From an uncultured Fibrobacterota bacterium (GTDB lineage Bacteria; Fibrobacterota; CAYVZU01), in assembly GCA_964455935.1 (NCBI GenBank), contig CAYVZU010000009.1:1-62470 (forward strand): a stretch of DNA of 62,470 nt. The letters are read 5' to 3'. Each line of letters begins with the position of its first letter. The stretch's first letter is position 1. The position numbers were made by a program, and so were the translations under genes. Shown here in pieces: positions 37,573-47,357 of this stretch. The notes beneath the pieces were generated by a model that worked only from the letters and a program-made list of their open reading frames with translations, was not told where the DNA came from and did not search any database.

Positions 37573-37755
37573 AGTAACTGCACAGGTTCCCATGAAACCA
37601 CAGAGAGAAATCCGAGTTAAGAATGAGAACACAGAGGGAAATCTTTCTGGCGCGCACCGCGCCGGAGTAGATCTTTTCCCACTCTGTGTCCTCTTCTCCG
37701 GCCTCAGTGTTTCTCTGTGGTTTCATGATTCTTCCGAGAGACGTGAGTAGTTACT
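37573..37755. repeat. MITE-like inverted-repeat element (CCACAGAG family) inside AGTAACT...AGTTACT outer repeats
   Basis: CATGAAACCACAGAGA (37591) pairs with TCTCTGTGGTTTCATG (ends 37727). Outer repeats AGTAACTGCACA and GTGAGTAGTTACT. Confidence 0.75.
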
Positions 37756-37807
37756 TTAACCATATAGAACTGGTTTGGCCTCCTCCAGCCTAACAGCCTT
37801 CTTCCAT

Positions 37808-39226
37808 CTACTTCAATTTCTCTTTCACAAAGCTCACCACATTCGCCACTGGAATCCTCTCCTGCCCCATGCTGTCGCGGTCGCGAATCGTCACGGTGTC
37901 ATCGGTCAGGGTCTGGCCATCCACCGTAATGCAATAAGGCGTCCCAACTTCATCCTGGCGGCGGTAACGGCGGCCAATGGCGCCGGCCTCGTCGTACTGG
38001 GAGCCGATGGCATTGGCTTTGAGTTCTTTCAGGATCGCACGGGCTATCTCGGGCATGCCGTCGCGCTTCACGAGCGGAAATACAGCCGCCTTGACCGGCG
38101 CAATGCGCGGATGAAAATGAAGGACCACCCGTTTCTCGCTCTTGCCGTCGGCCGTGGGCGCATCCTCTTCGGCATACGCATCGAGTAGAAACGCCAGGGC
38201 GGCCCGGTCGGCGCCCGCAGCCGGTTCGATTACAAAGGGAACATAGCGCTCCTTGGTTTCTTCATCGAAAAATGCCAGATTCTTTCCCGAAAATTCCGAA
38301 TGCTGCTTAAGATCGTAATCCGTGCGGTTTGCGATTCCTTCCAGCTCGCCCCAGCCCCATGGATATTCGTATTCCACATCGGAGCAGGCTCGCGCATAAT
38401 GGGCCAGCTCGTTGCACGCATGCTCGCGAAGGCGCAATTTCTCCTTGCGCAAACCCAGCCTGGTGTACCAATTGAATCGCTCGTTGAGCCAGTAGCGATA
38501 CCACTCCTCATCGGTGCCCGGCTTTACGAAAAACTCCAGCTCCATCTGCTCGAATTCGCAGGAGCGGAAGGTGAAATGCTCGACCACAATTTCGTTGCGA
38601 AAACTCTTTCCCTGCTGAGCAATGCCAAAGGGAGGCTTCTTGCGGCTGGCCGACTGTACGTTGAGGAAATTCACGAACATGGCCTGGGCCGTCTCGGGCC
38701 GCAAATAGACCTGGCTCGATGCATCCTCCACCGGCCCCAAATGCGTCTTGAACATGAGATTGAATTGCCGGATATCGGACAACTCGGGCGAGCCGCACTC
38801 GACACAGAGAATTCCAAGCTTGCCCACAACCCCTTTTTGCTTTGTCTTCTTTCCGGTCTGCGGATCGACCACGGTGTATTCCACCTCGGACCCCGACGCA
38901 GCCGTGGGCGCCTTGTCGGCCCGGAACCGGGTCTTGCAGGTTTTGCAGTCCACCAGCGGATCGTGAAATCCCCGAATATGGCCCGATGCCTCCCAGACCC
39001 TTGGATGCATGATGATCGAGGCATCGAGGCCCACCACATCCTCGCGCTCGTGGACCACCGCGCGCCACCATTCGTTTTTGATGTTGCGCTTGAGTTCCAC
39101 GCCCAACGGCCCATAGTCATAGCAGGACCGCAAACCGCCGTAGATTTCGCTGGACTGGAAAATGAACCCACGGCGCTTGCATAGGGATATGATCGACTTC
39201 ATGAGTTCGGGTTCCTGGCTAGCCAA
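37808..39226 (-). CDS. glyQS: Glycine--tRNA ligase, homodimeric type
   Basis: SLCKRRGFIFQSSEIYGG, YLRPETAQ, GKSFRNE, ELEGIANR, IGRRYRRQDEVGTP. TTG start with RBS aaggag. Confidence 0.97.
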   Translation of the reverse strand: MASQEPELMKSIISLCKRRGFIFQSSEIYGGLRSCYDYGPLGVELKRNIKNEWWRAVVHEREDVVGLDASIIMHPRVWEASGHIRGFHDPLVDCKTCKTRFRADKAPTAASGSEVEYTVVDPQTGKKTKQKGVVGKLGILCVECGSPELSDIRQFNLMFKTHLGPVEDASSQVYLRPETAQAMFVNFLNVQSASRKKPPFGIAQQGKSFRNEIVVEHFTFRSCEFEQMELEFFVKPGTDEEWYRYWLNERFNWYTRLGLRKEKLRLREHACNELAHYARACSDVEYEYPWGWGELEGIANRTDYDLKQHSEFSGKNLAFFDEETKERYVPFVIEPAAGADRAALAFLLDAYAEEDAPTADGKSEKRVVLHFHPRIAPVKAAVFPLVKRDGMPEIARAILKELKANAIGSQYDEAGAIGRRYRRQDEVGTPYCITVDGQTLTDDTVTIRDRDSMGQERIPVANVVSFVKEKLK

Positions 39227-39446
39227 GCAAATCTCCTTTCAAAGGGGTCGAATTCCGTGTATCCGGTGAAGAAATATACAATTGAAGCCCCCGTTCGTTC
39301 ACGGACCGATGAGCGGCAAGGTGTGCTGTGTGGATACTTTCCCCAAAGTGGCGTAAGGGTTCGTCCACGCACAATCGATTCGGGCATAAGGCATTCCATG
39401 CCCCCGGCCGTTTTATTTAAACGAACCGCGAATTTATTTTAAGGGC

Positions 39447-40106
39447 ATGGAATTTCTGCATCATGAGAATACGCTTGTCGCCATGCTTCCGCCGCATTTC
39501 ACGGTGCTTGAAGCCAAAGGCTTCGGCCAGGAAATGCGCGCGCGCGCAGCGCATAGCGGCCTCGAGATCGTTCTGGATGCAACCAACCTGGTGTATTTGG
39601 ATTCGTTCGGAATCGGCAGTATCGTCGAGGTATTGCGCTCAGTGCGGGCCCAAGGGGGAGATTTGCGCGTGCGCAACCTAAGCGGCGAGCCGCTGAACCT
39701 GTTCCAGCGCTCTGGGCTGGAACGGATCATTCCGCTGGAAGAGGGCGAAAGCACGCAGCCGGATCTTTCCCTGCGCTATGGATTCGAAACGCACGGCCGC
39801 CTGCAGGTATTCCATTGCGCCGGCATGGTCACTTTTACCCATGACGGGGCCAAGTTCGAGGCTGCTTTGCAGCAAGGCTTGGCCAGCCACGATGCTCTTT
39901 TGCTCGATCTTTCGGAACTGAAATACATGGACAGCGAAACCATCGGTCAGCTTGCCCGGCTTCATTGCGAAGCCAAGGCCCAGGGCAAACGGTTCGGGTA
40001 CTGCAACGCGAACCCGCTGGTGGCCGACCTGCTCAAGCGGCTTGGGGTTGCCAGCATCGTGCCCGGATACGATTCCCTGGAACAGGCCATAAAGGCCTTG
40101 TCATAG
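39447..40106 (+). CDS. Tandem (double) STAS-domain anti-sigma-factor antagonist
   Basis: Two STAS repeats: LDATNLVYLDSFGIG and LDLSELKYMDSETIG. Confidence 0.85.
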   Translation: MEFLHHENTLVAMLPPHFTVLEAKGFGQEMRARAAHSGLEIVLDATNLVYLDSFGIGSIVEVLRSVRAQGGDLRVRNLSGEPLNLFQRSGLERIIPLEEGESTQPDLSLRYGFETHGRLQVFHCAGMVTFTHDGAKFEAALQQGLASHDALLLDLSELKYMDSETIGQLARLHCEAKAQGKRFGYCNANPLVADLLKRLGVASIVPGYDSLEQAIKALS

Positions 40107-40208
40107 CTATCGTAGTTTGGCCAGGATCACAGGAAAAAAGCCTCTCCTCCCGTTATCCTGGTAAAAAGGGAATCTGCCGGCGACCGTGCCGTGTGCGAAG
40201 AGCGATAC

Positions 40209-41363
40209 ATGGATAAACAAACCATCATTTCCGAGGACCGCCGAAAATCCCTGGCCCGCGTAAAGCGGGTTGTTGTTAAGGTGGGCACCAATCTGGTGAT
40301 TGGGCACGGCACGCCCGAAAACCGAACATGGCTGCTTCATTTCGTACAGGACATGGTAAACCTCCAAAAAAGAGGCATCGAAGTGGTCATTGTTTCCTCC
40401 GGCGCAATCGGCGCCGGCATGCACATGCTGGGCATCGCGCGCCGGCCTCAGGTCATGCCGATCAAGCAGGCCTGCGCGGCGGTGGGGCAAAGCCAGATCA
40501 TGCAACTCTATGAACGGCTCTTCCGCCGGCACAAGGTGCGCGTGGGGCAGGTCTTGCTGACCACCGAAGACCTGTGGAACCGGAATCGCTACCTCAACCT
40601 TCGCAATACAATCAACGCCCTCCTCGAACTGGGTGTCATGCCCATTATCAACGAGAACGACTCGATCGCGGTGCGCGAAATCAAGGTGGGCGACAACGAC
40701 ACACTCTCGGCGCATGTCACCAATTTCGTTGAGGCCGATCTGCTGGTGATCCTCAGCGATATCGACGGCCTCTACAGCGCCGACCCCAAAAAGAACCCCT
40801 CGGCTTCGCTGATCCGCGAAGTGCGCCAGATTACGCCGGCCATTCGCAAATGCTGCGGCGGCAAAGGTTCCGAGGCCAGCGTGGGCGGCATGCGCACCAA
40901 AATGGCCGCCGCCGCGATTGTCACCCGCTCGGGCGAGATGATGATCATCGCCAACGGGTTCAAGGACCGGGTCGCGGACCTGCTGGCCGGAAAGAATGCC
41001 GGCACGCTGTTTCATCCGGCGGCCCGCGGCTTATCCTCCCGGAAACGCTGGATCGCGTTCTCGCAGAAAACGAACGGCTCGATCGTTGTGGACGACGGCG
41101 GCGCCGCGGCCCTGATCCAGAAGAAGAAAAGTCTGCTCCCGGTTGGCGTGCGCGGTATCGAAGGTGTTTTCAAGCGAGGGGACCTTGTGGCCGTTCGCAA
41201 TCTGCGTAACGAAGTCATCGGCCGCGGCATTGCAAACTACTCCTCGGAACAGGTTGAAGCCATCAAGGGACGGCGATCCAATGAAATCGCCTCCATTCTG
41301 GGCCAAATGGACTACGAGGAAGTCATTCACCGCGACAATCTAGCCATTGCGGAAAATTCGTGA
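40209..41363 (+). CDS. proB: Glutamate 5-kinase
   Basis: RVVVKVGT, VSSGAI, KQACAAVGQ, IINEND, GDNDTLSA, GGMRTK, C-terminal PUA domain. Confidence 0.96.
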   Translation: MDKQTIISEDRRKSLARVKRVVVKVGTNLVIGHGTPENRTWLLHFVQDMVNLQKRGIEVVIVSSGAIGAGMHMLGIARRPQVMPIKQACAAVGQSQIMQLYERLFRRHKVRVGQVLLTTEDLWNRNRYLNLRNTINALLELGVMPIINENDSIAVREIKVGDNDTLSAHVTNFVEADLLVILSDIDGLYSADPKKNPSASLIREVRQITPAIRKCCGGKGSEASVGGMRTKMAAAAIVTRSGEMMIIANGFKDRVADLLAGKNAGTLFHPAARGLSSRKRWIAFSQKTNGSIVVDDGGAAALIQKKKSLLPVGVRGIEGVFKRGDLVAVRNLRNEVIGRGIANYSSEQVEAIKGRRSNEIASILGQMDYEEVIHRDNLAIAENS

Positions 41364-42196
41364 GTCCCGTCCCCGTTATCTCGGTACTCATTCCCGCCTA
41401 CAACCGCGCATGGAGCCTGGCGCGGGCCATCGACTCGGTGCTGCGCCAGAGCCTGCACGAATTCGAACTGATCGTGGTGGACGACGGATCAACGGACAAT
41501 ACCCGGGCCATTCTCGAAGCCTATGGTGATTCGATTCGGGTTCTGCGGCAGGAAAATGCGGGCGTTTCGGCCGCGCGCAATGCGGGGATACGCGCTTCGA
41601 GCGGTGAATTCGTGGCCTTTCTGGATTCGGACGATGAATGGCTTCCGGAGAAACTAAGGATTCAATATGCGTTTTTCGAAAATCATCCGCAGGTCCGGAT
41701 CTGCCAGACCCTGGAGCGCTGGATCCGCAATGGCCGGTTCGTGAATGCCCCGGATTCGCACAAAAAGAAACCGGATTTCATCTTCGCCGAGAGTCTTCGC
41801 AAATGTATGATCACCTGCTCCTCGGTCATGATCCGGCGCTCGCTTCTGGATGAAACGGGGTTGTTCAACGAGGCGCTTCCCGCCTGTGAGGACTACGACC
41901 TCTGGCTGCGCATCACATGCCGCGACCCGGTAGGCCTTATCGCGCAAGAGCACCTGATCCGCTATGGCGGCCATCCGGACCAACTCTCGTCGAAGTACAC
42001 GGGAAACGACCGGTACCGCATCCGGGCCATTCTCGACCTGCTGTCATCGGGCCGACTGAGTGAGGAACAACGGCGTCTCACTCTGAGCGAAATCGAATTC
42101 AAATGCCGCGTATACGGACAGGGATGCCAAAAAAGAGGAAAACAGGAAGAAGCGCGAAGGTTTATGTCAATTCCGGAGACATTGGGCAATGAATGA
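41360..42196 (+). CDS. Glycosyltransferase family 2
   Basis: ISVLIPAYNR, VVDDGSTD, GVSAARNAG, AFLDSDD, CEDYDLWLR. Confidence 0.93.
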   Translation: MSPVPVISVLIPAYNRAWSLARAIDSVLRQSLHEFELIVVDDGSTDNTRAILEAYGDSIRVLRQENAGVSAARNAGIRASSGEFVAFLDSDDEWLPEKLRIQYAFFENHPQVRICQTLERWIRNGRFVNAPDSHKKKPDFIFAESLRKCMITCSSVMIRRSLLDETGLFNEALPACEDYDLWLRITCRDPVGLIAQEHLIRYGGHPDQLSSKYTGNDRYRIRAILDLLSSGRLSEEQRRLTLSEIEFKCRVYGQGCQKRGKQEEARRFMSIPETLGNE

Positions 42197-43184
42197 AGCG
42201 ATCCGCGGCGCTGGTTTGAGCGAGATTGCGCTGACCGATGTCGACATCGACGACATGACCTATGCGGTCTGGGCTTGGTCTGACTACGGCAAAATCAAGG
42301 AATCGATTGCCCAAACAGGTTTGCTCAATCCTGCGATTGTTGCAAAGAAATCCAACGGATTCGCAATCGTATCGGGCCACAAGAGGATCCGAGCGCTCAT
42401 TGAGCTTGGCTGGGCCAAGGTTCACTGCCTGCTTGTCGAACCGGAGGACCCGCCTTACCAACTCTTTATCAACACCGTCATGGAGAACCTTTCGTTCAGG
42501 GAATACAACCTCATTGAAAAGAGCTTGATTTTAAACCAATTAGAGGTGGTTACCTCGTGTGGATACTCCATTGAAAAGCTCCGGCAGACTCTTGGGATTC
42601 ACGCTTGTAATTTAGCTAAAATCAAGGACTTACAAAGTCTACCCAGGGAAGCCCTCCGGGCAATCGCGTGTGGAAAAGTTCGACCTTCCGTTGCGCTTGA
42701 GTTCGCTGAATTCGGGCCTGAAGATCAGTTAGAGCTCATTAAAGCCCTTGAAATGTTCGATCTGGGCGAGAACAAGCAGAGAGAGATCCTTCTCCTGATT
42801 TTTGAACTTGCAAGAATTCAACACTGCACACCGGCCGAGATCTTGCGTTTGAATGAGATCCGGAAGGTTTTGGTGGATCCTGTGCTTAACGCGCCGCAAA
42901 AAGGCGCCCTGTTTCTAGATATCCTGCGGGCGAAGCGGTCACCGACATTATCAGGAATGCAGCGCGAATTTGAAACGGCAAAAAGGCGGACAAGCCCGCC
43001 AAGAAATGTCGCAATCATTAACAAAGCGCCTTTCGAAGCTGATTCGCTTCAGCTCTCTATCTCCCTTTCCAACCGCACGGAACTGGCATGCGCATACCAG
43101 TATTTAAAAAATTTGGAAGCCCGCGAGGAATTCGAGTCCCTCCTGCGCGCCGCAACCGGCACCTCCGTAAGGAAAAGCGAGTAA
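42189..43184 (+). CDS. ParB/Srx N-terminal-domain protein (orphan ParB-like)
   Basis: SIAQTGLLNPAIV...IVSGHKRIRA, ENLSFREYNLIEK. Overlaps the GT2 stop. No parA nearby. Confidence 0.8.
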   Translation: MNEAIRGAGLSEIALTDVDIDDMTYAVWAWSDYGKIKESIAQTGLLNPAIVAKKSNGFAIVSGHKRIRALIELGWAKVHCLLVEPEDPPYQLFINTVMENLSFREYNLIEKSLILNQLEVVTSCGYSIEKLRQTLGIHACNLAKIKDLQSLPREALRAIACGKVRPSVALEFAEFGPEDQLELIKALEMFDLGENKQREILLLIFELARIQHCTPAEILRLNEIRKVLVDPVLNAPQKGALFLDILRAKRSPTLSGMQREFETAKRRTSPPRNVAIINKAPFEADSLQLSISLSNRTELACAYQYLKNLEAREEFESLLRAATGTSVRKSE

Positions 43185-43342
43185 ATCTCCACCCTCCAAT
43201 AACGCGGCCTTGTTTTTGCAGTTATAAATAGCAGTTGGATTCTCCGTTTTCATTTCCGCGACCCGTATTCCGATCTTCTGTTTTTCAGATTTCGATTCAC
43301 AATTCCCAAATTGCCGATTCACAATTCTCCGTCTTTCAACCC

Positions 43343-44398
43343 ATGCTTTCCCGCCATAGCCAGAACCCGCTGATCACGCCGCCCATGGTGAAGCCCTCGC
43401 GGCCGGGATACCGTGTTCGAGGCGCCTTCAACCCGGCAGCCATCGAGCACGAGGGCGGGATTCTCCTGCTCCTCCGGGTGGCCGAAGACTGCCCGGCGCA
43501 AGAGGGGACCGTGGCATTCCCTTTTTATCGCTATGACAAAGGAACCGGCCATCCCGAAATCTTGCAACTGCGCACATCGGATCCCGATGTTCATATAAAA
43601 AATTCACGTTCAATAATCTGGCGCGGCAGGGAATATCTCTCGACGATGAGTCATCTGCGGCTTGCCCGAAGCCGCGACGGAATTCATTTTGTGGTGGACG
43701 AGCGCCCGCTCATCTCTCCGATTGACGAGTCGGAGAATTACGGCGTGGAGGACGGCCGGATCGTGAAATTGGGCCGGGACTACTGGATCAATTTCACGGC
43801 CGTTTCACGGGACAGCTATGCAACGGCCCTTGCCTGCACCGCCGATTTCCAAAACATCGAGCGTCGGGGAATTATCTTCACTGTCCCCAACAAAGACGTC
43901 TGCATTTTCCCGGAAAAAATCGAGAGGAACTATGCCGCCCTGCATCGTCCCTTCAATCACGACTTCGGCCTGTCTTCGATCTGGTACGCCGAATCGCCCG
44001 ACCTCATTCATTGGGGAAATCACCGGTGCATTTTGCGGCCGCGGCCCACCGTATGGGAGAACCGCAAAATAGGAGGGGGCGCTCCCCCAATCAAGACCGG
44101 CGAAGGCTGGCTTGCAATCTGCCATGGAACCGGCCTGCAACAAGGCGAGGAGGCCTACTCTCTCTTTGTCGCCCTTCTCGACCTGCGCCGGCCCTGGATC
44201 GTCCGCGCCCGAGGCGAATTGCCCTTTTTCTTCCCCCTTCTTCCCTATGAAAAAAGCGGCTTCGTGCCCAACGTCGTCTTCACAAACGGAGTCATTGCCA
44301 AGCCCGACGGCACCATTCTTATTTATTACGGCGCTTGCGATGAAAGCACGTGCCTGGCCATTACAAGCGTGGAAAATTTACTGGGAACTCTGAGCTGA
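43343..44398 (+). CDS. GH130 glycoside hydrolase/phosphorylase (beta-mannoside active family)
   Basis: NPLITP, GAFNPAA, GVEDGRI, NKD...FPEKI, LHRP, KIGGGAPPIKT, NVVFTNG, YYGACD. Confidence 0.9.
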   Translation: MLSRHSQNPLITPPMVKPSRPGYRVRGAFNPAAIEHEGGILLLLRVAEDCPAQEGTVAFPFYRYDKGTGHPEILQLRTSDPDVHIKNSRSIIWRGREYLSTMSHLRLARSRDGIHFVVDERPLISPIDESENYGVEDGRIVKLGRDYWINFTAVSRDSYATALACTADFQNIERRGIIFTVPNKDVCIFPEKIERNYAALHRPFNHDFGLSSIWYAESPDLIHWGNHRCILRPRPTVWENRKIGGGAPPIKTGEGWLAICHGTGLQQGEEAYSLFVALLDLRRPWIVRARGELPFFFPLLPYEKSGFVPNVVFTNGVIAKPDGTILIYYGACDESTCLAITSVENLLGTLS

Positions 44399-44431
44399 TT
44401 CCTTCTTTTTTTGCAACGGGTCAGGTCCCGG

Positions 44432-44578
44432 TGTCATTTCGAGCGAAGCGAGAAATCTGATGTGCACCAGCACGTCATTCTGAGTGTAGCGAAGGTTCTT
44501 CCAGCATGGCGAAGATCCCTCACTTTGTTCGGGACAACGCGTTGCGCTGGATTTCTCTTCGAAAACTCGTCGAAATGA
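44432..44578. repeat. Palindromic REP/RPE-like element, copy 3, with a second degenerate element nested in its loop
   Basis: Outer TGTCATTTCGAGCGAAGCGAGAAATC...GATTTCTCTTCGAAAACTCGTCGAAATGA. Inner GTCATTCTGAGTGTAGCGAAG...GATCCCTCACTTTGTTCGGGAC. Confidence 0.85.
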
Positions 44579-44644
44579 ACACAATATGGGTGCAAACACC
44601 TTTTCCTTCAGTTGATTGCGACTGTAAACGTTTGGGATATGCGC

Positions 44645-44980
44645 ATGAATCTACCCATTGTGTTCCTCCTGGCCTCCCAGTCGCTCTTCACCTTGAGCGA
44701 TTTGGTGGCACGGGCAAGCCTTCGCAATCGCCGGTTTAGCGCGGCGGCCCTTGCCGGGGTATGGATTCTTGTCTTCGAAGCCCTTCGAATAATTGGAACG
44801 TTTCTTCAACTCTACGTTTTCACCCACCTGGAACTGGGAAAATCCATGGCGCTTTTTGGCGCCTCGTCCATCGTTCTTTCAAACGCGCTGGGACTGCTCT
44901 TCTTGAAAGAGGTTCTTTCCGTACGCGCCTATTTTGGCATTATTCTGGCCATTAGCGCCTTCCTCGTAATTGGACTGTGA
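44645..44980 (+). CDS. Small 4-TM DMT/SMR-like membrane protein (subunit A)
   Basis: About 111 aa, four hydrophobic helices, ELGKS...LLFLKEVLS pattern typical of SMR/EamA halves. Confidence 0.75.
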   Translation: MNLPIVFLLASQSLFTLSDLVARASLRNRRFSAAALAGVWILVFEALRIIGTFLQLYVFTHLELGKSMALFGASSIVLSNALGLLFLKEVLSVRAYFGIILAISAFLVIGL

Positions 44981-44981
44981 C

Positions 44982-45341
44982 ATGAAACGAATCCTCCTGC
45001 TGCTGATCCTGGCCCAGGTTCTATTTTCATTGAGCGATTTTCTGGCCCGGGCAAACATGCCCCGTTACGGGTTCTGCTTGATGGCTTTTTTCAAGCCATG
45101 GTTCGCCGGCTATGTGGGCGTGCGAATCCTGGCCGTAGCATGCACGCTGTATGTCTACACAAGCGTGGAATTGGGCAAAACACGCGCGATCTTCGGCGCG
45201 ATTTCGATTGTCCTGGCCAACGCCATGGGATACTTCTTGCTTAACGAGGCCCTCACGGTCCGCGAATACGCCGGCGTGGCTATCGCCGTTGCCGCTTTCA
45301 CGTTTCTGGCGCTGGGCGGCAAGGTCCAAACCCCAGCCTGA
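44982..45341 (+). CDS. Small 4-TM DMT/SMR-like membrane protein (subunit B, paralog)
   Basis: QVLFSLSDFLARA vs QSLFTLSDLVARA in subunit A, and ELGKTRAIFGA vs ELGKSMALFGA. Confidence 0.75.
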   Translation: MKRILLLLILAQVLFSLSDFLARANMPRYGFCLMAFFKPWFAGYVGVRILAVACTLYVYTSVELGKTRAIFGAISIVLANAMGYFLLNEALTVREYAGVAIAVAAFTFLALGGKVQTPA

Positions 45342-45452
45342 ACATCCGTAGATTATGCGAAAGCCGCGGATCGGCACTCCGCGTTTGTTTGCGACATCTA
45401 TGGATTCTCTTTTGTTCCCGCTCCGGCTTTGCCGGGTTAGTATTTTTCTTCC

Positions 45453-47342
45453 ATGATCAGCCTTTCCAACGTCACGCTGCGCCTGGGCGAACGCGTTTTG
45501 TTTGACAACATTTCGTGGATCATTCCAGAGAAAAGCCGCGTTGGATTGGTCGGCAACAACGGGGCTGGAAAAACCTCTCTTTTCCGGGCCATCATAGGCG
45601 AAACGCATCTGGACGCGGGGTCCGTCGAAATCCAAAAAGGCAGGGAAATCGGTTATCTGTCCCAGGAATTCGCCGACCTGCAACCGGTTAATATCATCGA
45701 ATACCTGAAGACGCGTTGCGGCATAACGGAATTGGAGCATGGAATTCAGGACCTGGAACACCGGATGTCTCTTTCGCCGGATGATGCCAGGTTAACCCGG
45801 GAATACGACCAGGCCCAGGCCGCATTCCATTTCAAGGACGGCTACGCCTTCGAGGCCAAAGCCAAGCAGGTGCTCAAGGGCCTGGCCTTTAAAGACGAAG
45901 ACTTCGCCAAGAACTGCATGGAGTTCTCCGACGGATGGAAGCGCCGCATTCACCTTGCGGCCGTTCTTCTGGCCAATCCCCATATCCTTCTGCTGGACGA
46001 GCCCACCAACTTTCTTGATACCGAGAGCCTCGAATGGCTCGAAAGCTTCTTGCGCGATTATCCGGGCACGATCCTGGCTATTGTGCACGACCGTGTCTTT
46101 CTCGACAAAATGGCCCGGCAGATCGCCGAATTGGACAGGGGCCGGTTGACTCTCTACTCCGGGAATTTCAGCCAATACGAGATCGAGAAAGCGAAGCGGC
46201 GGGAGCTGGCCCAGATCGAGATGGAACGGCAAGGAAAGGAAATTGAGCGGGTCCAGAAATTCATTGACCGGTTTCGCGCCAAGGCCTCCAAAGCCACGCA
46301 GGGGCAGAGCCGCATCAAAATGCTCGAGAAGATCGAACGGGTTTCGCTGGAAGCCGAGTCAAAGCAGGTGCGGATCTCATTTCCGGCCGGGCCCCGGAGC
46401 GGACAACAGGTTTTGCGCGCGGAGGGCATTTCGAAATCCTACGGCAGCCATTGCGTGTTCGGCAATCTGGATGTGGTCCTGCACCGGGGCGAACGGGTGG
46501 CCCTGGTGGGCGTTAACGGCGCCGGAAAATCCACCCTGCTGCGCATCCTAAGCCGGACCGAGGAGCCATCCTCCGGCGGCGTCGTATACGGCAAGGACGT
46601 TCTGCCCGCCTTCTATTCCATCGAGGCTTCACGGGATCTGGATTCGGAGCAGACGATCTGGGAAGATATCTGCGCGGCGCCGTCGGCGGCCACAACGCAA
46701 GAGCGACGGAACCTGCTGGGGGCTTTTCTATTCGGGGGCGATGACATCTTCAAGAAGATCCATGTGCTCTCGGGCGGGGAAAAGTCCCGGCTGGCGCTGC
46801 TGAAAATTCTTCTGCGACCCACCAACTTTCTGATCCTGGACGAACCCACCAACCACCTCGACCTGGCCACGAAGGAAGTATTCCAGGAAGCCCTGCTCTG
46901 CTACCAGGGCACGCTGCTGATCGTTTCGCACGACCGCGATTTTCTCGATCATTTGGCTTCCCGCGTGCTCGAAATCCGCGAGCAACGGCTTCATGAATAC
47001 CTGGGCAACTACTCGTATTTCATCGAAAAGCGCGGACCGCTGTTGGCCGACACGGTCACCGGTCCGACGCCGGATGTCCAGCCCAGAAAAGAATCGGCCT
47101 ATCAATTGCGAAAAGACGCGGAACGGGCGCGCCGCATGTCGGAGAAGAAGATTGCCGGGCTGGAAAAGGAGATCGAGGCGCTGGAGACCAGAAGGAAGGA
47201 ACTCGAGCTGATCTTCTGCGACCCCGAAACGCACAAAGACCGGGAAAAAGCCCAGGAACTGCACAGGGAATGGGAGTCCGTTCCCCAAAAGCTGGAGCAA
47301 CTGTATTTGCAATGGCAGGAACTTGCGGATCGGAAATGCTGA
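45453..47342 (+). CDS. ABC-F family ATPase (YheS/Uup-like)
   Basis: Two ABC domains (GNNGAGKT / LLLDEPTN and GVNGAGKS / LSGGE / LDEPTNHLD), FIDRFRAKASKA linker, C-terminal coiled coil, no TMs. Confidence 0.93.
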   Translation: MISLSNVTLRLGERVLFDNISWIIPEKSRVGLVGNNGAGKTSLFRAIIGETHLDAGSVEIQKGREIGYLSQEFADLQPVNIIEYLKTRCGITELEHGIQDLEHRMSLSPDDARLTREYDQAQAAFHFKDGYAFEAKAKQVLKGLAFKDEDFAKNCMEFSDGWKRRIHLAAVLLANPHILLLDEPTNFLDTESLEWLESFLRDYPGTILAIVHDRVFLDKMARQIAELDRGRLTLYSGNFSQYEIEKAKRRELAQIEMERQGKEIERVQKFIDRFRAKASKATQGQSRIKMLEKIERVSLEAESKQVRISFPAGPRSGQQVLRAEGISKSYGSHCVFGNLDVVLHRGERVALVGVNGAGKSTLLRILSRTEEPSSGGVVYGKDVLPAFYSIEASRDLDSEQTIWEDICAAPSAATTQERRNLLGAFLFGGDDIFKKIHVLSGGEKSRLALLKILLRPTNFLILDEPTNHLDLATKEVFQEALLCYQGTLLIVSHDRDFLDHLASRVLEIREQRLHEYLGNYSYFIEKRGPLLADTVTGPTPDVQPRKESAYQLRKDAERARRMSEKKIAGLEKEIEALETRRKELELIFCDPETHKDREKAQELHREWESVPQKLEQLYLQWQELADRKC

Positions 47343-47357
47343 AGAACGATAGGCGAT

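Noticed and set aside
7998-44578. Palindromic repeats as a CRISPR array or integron attC sites
   Set aside because: The copies are dispersed rather than regularly spaced. There are no cas or intI genes and no RYYYAAC/GTTRRRY ends.
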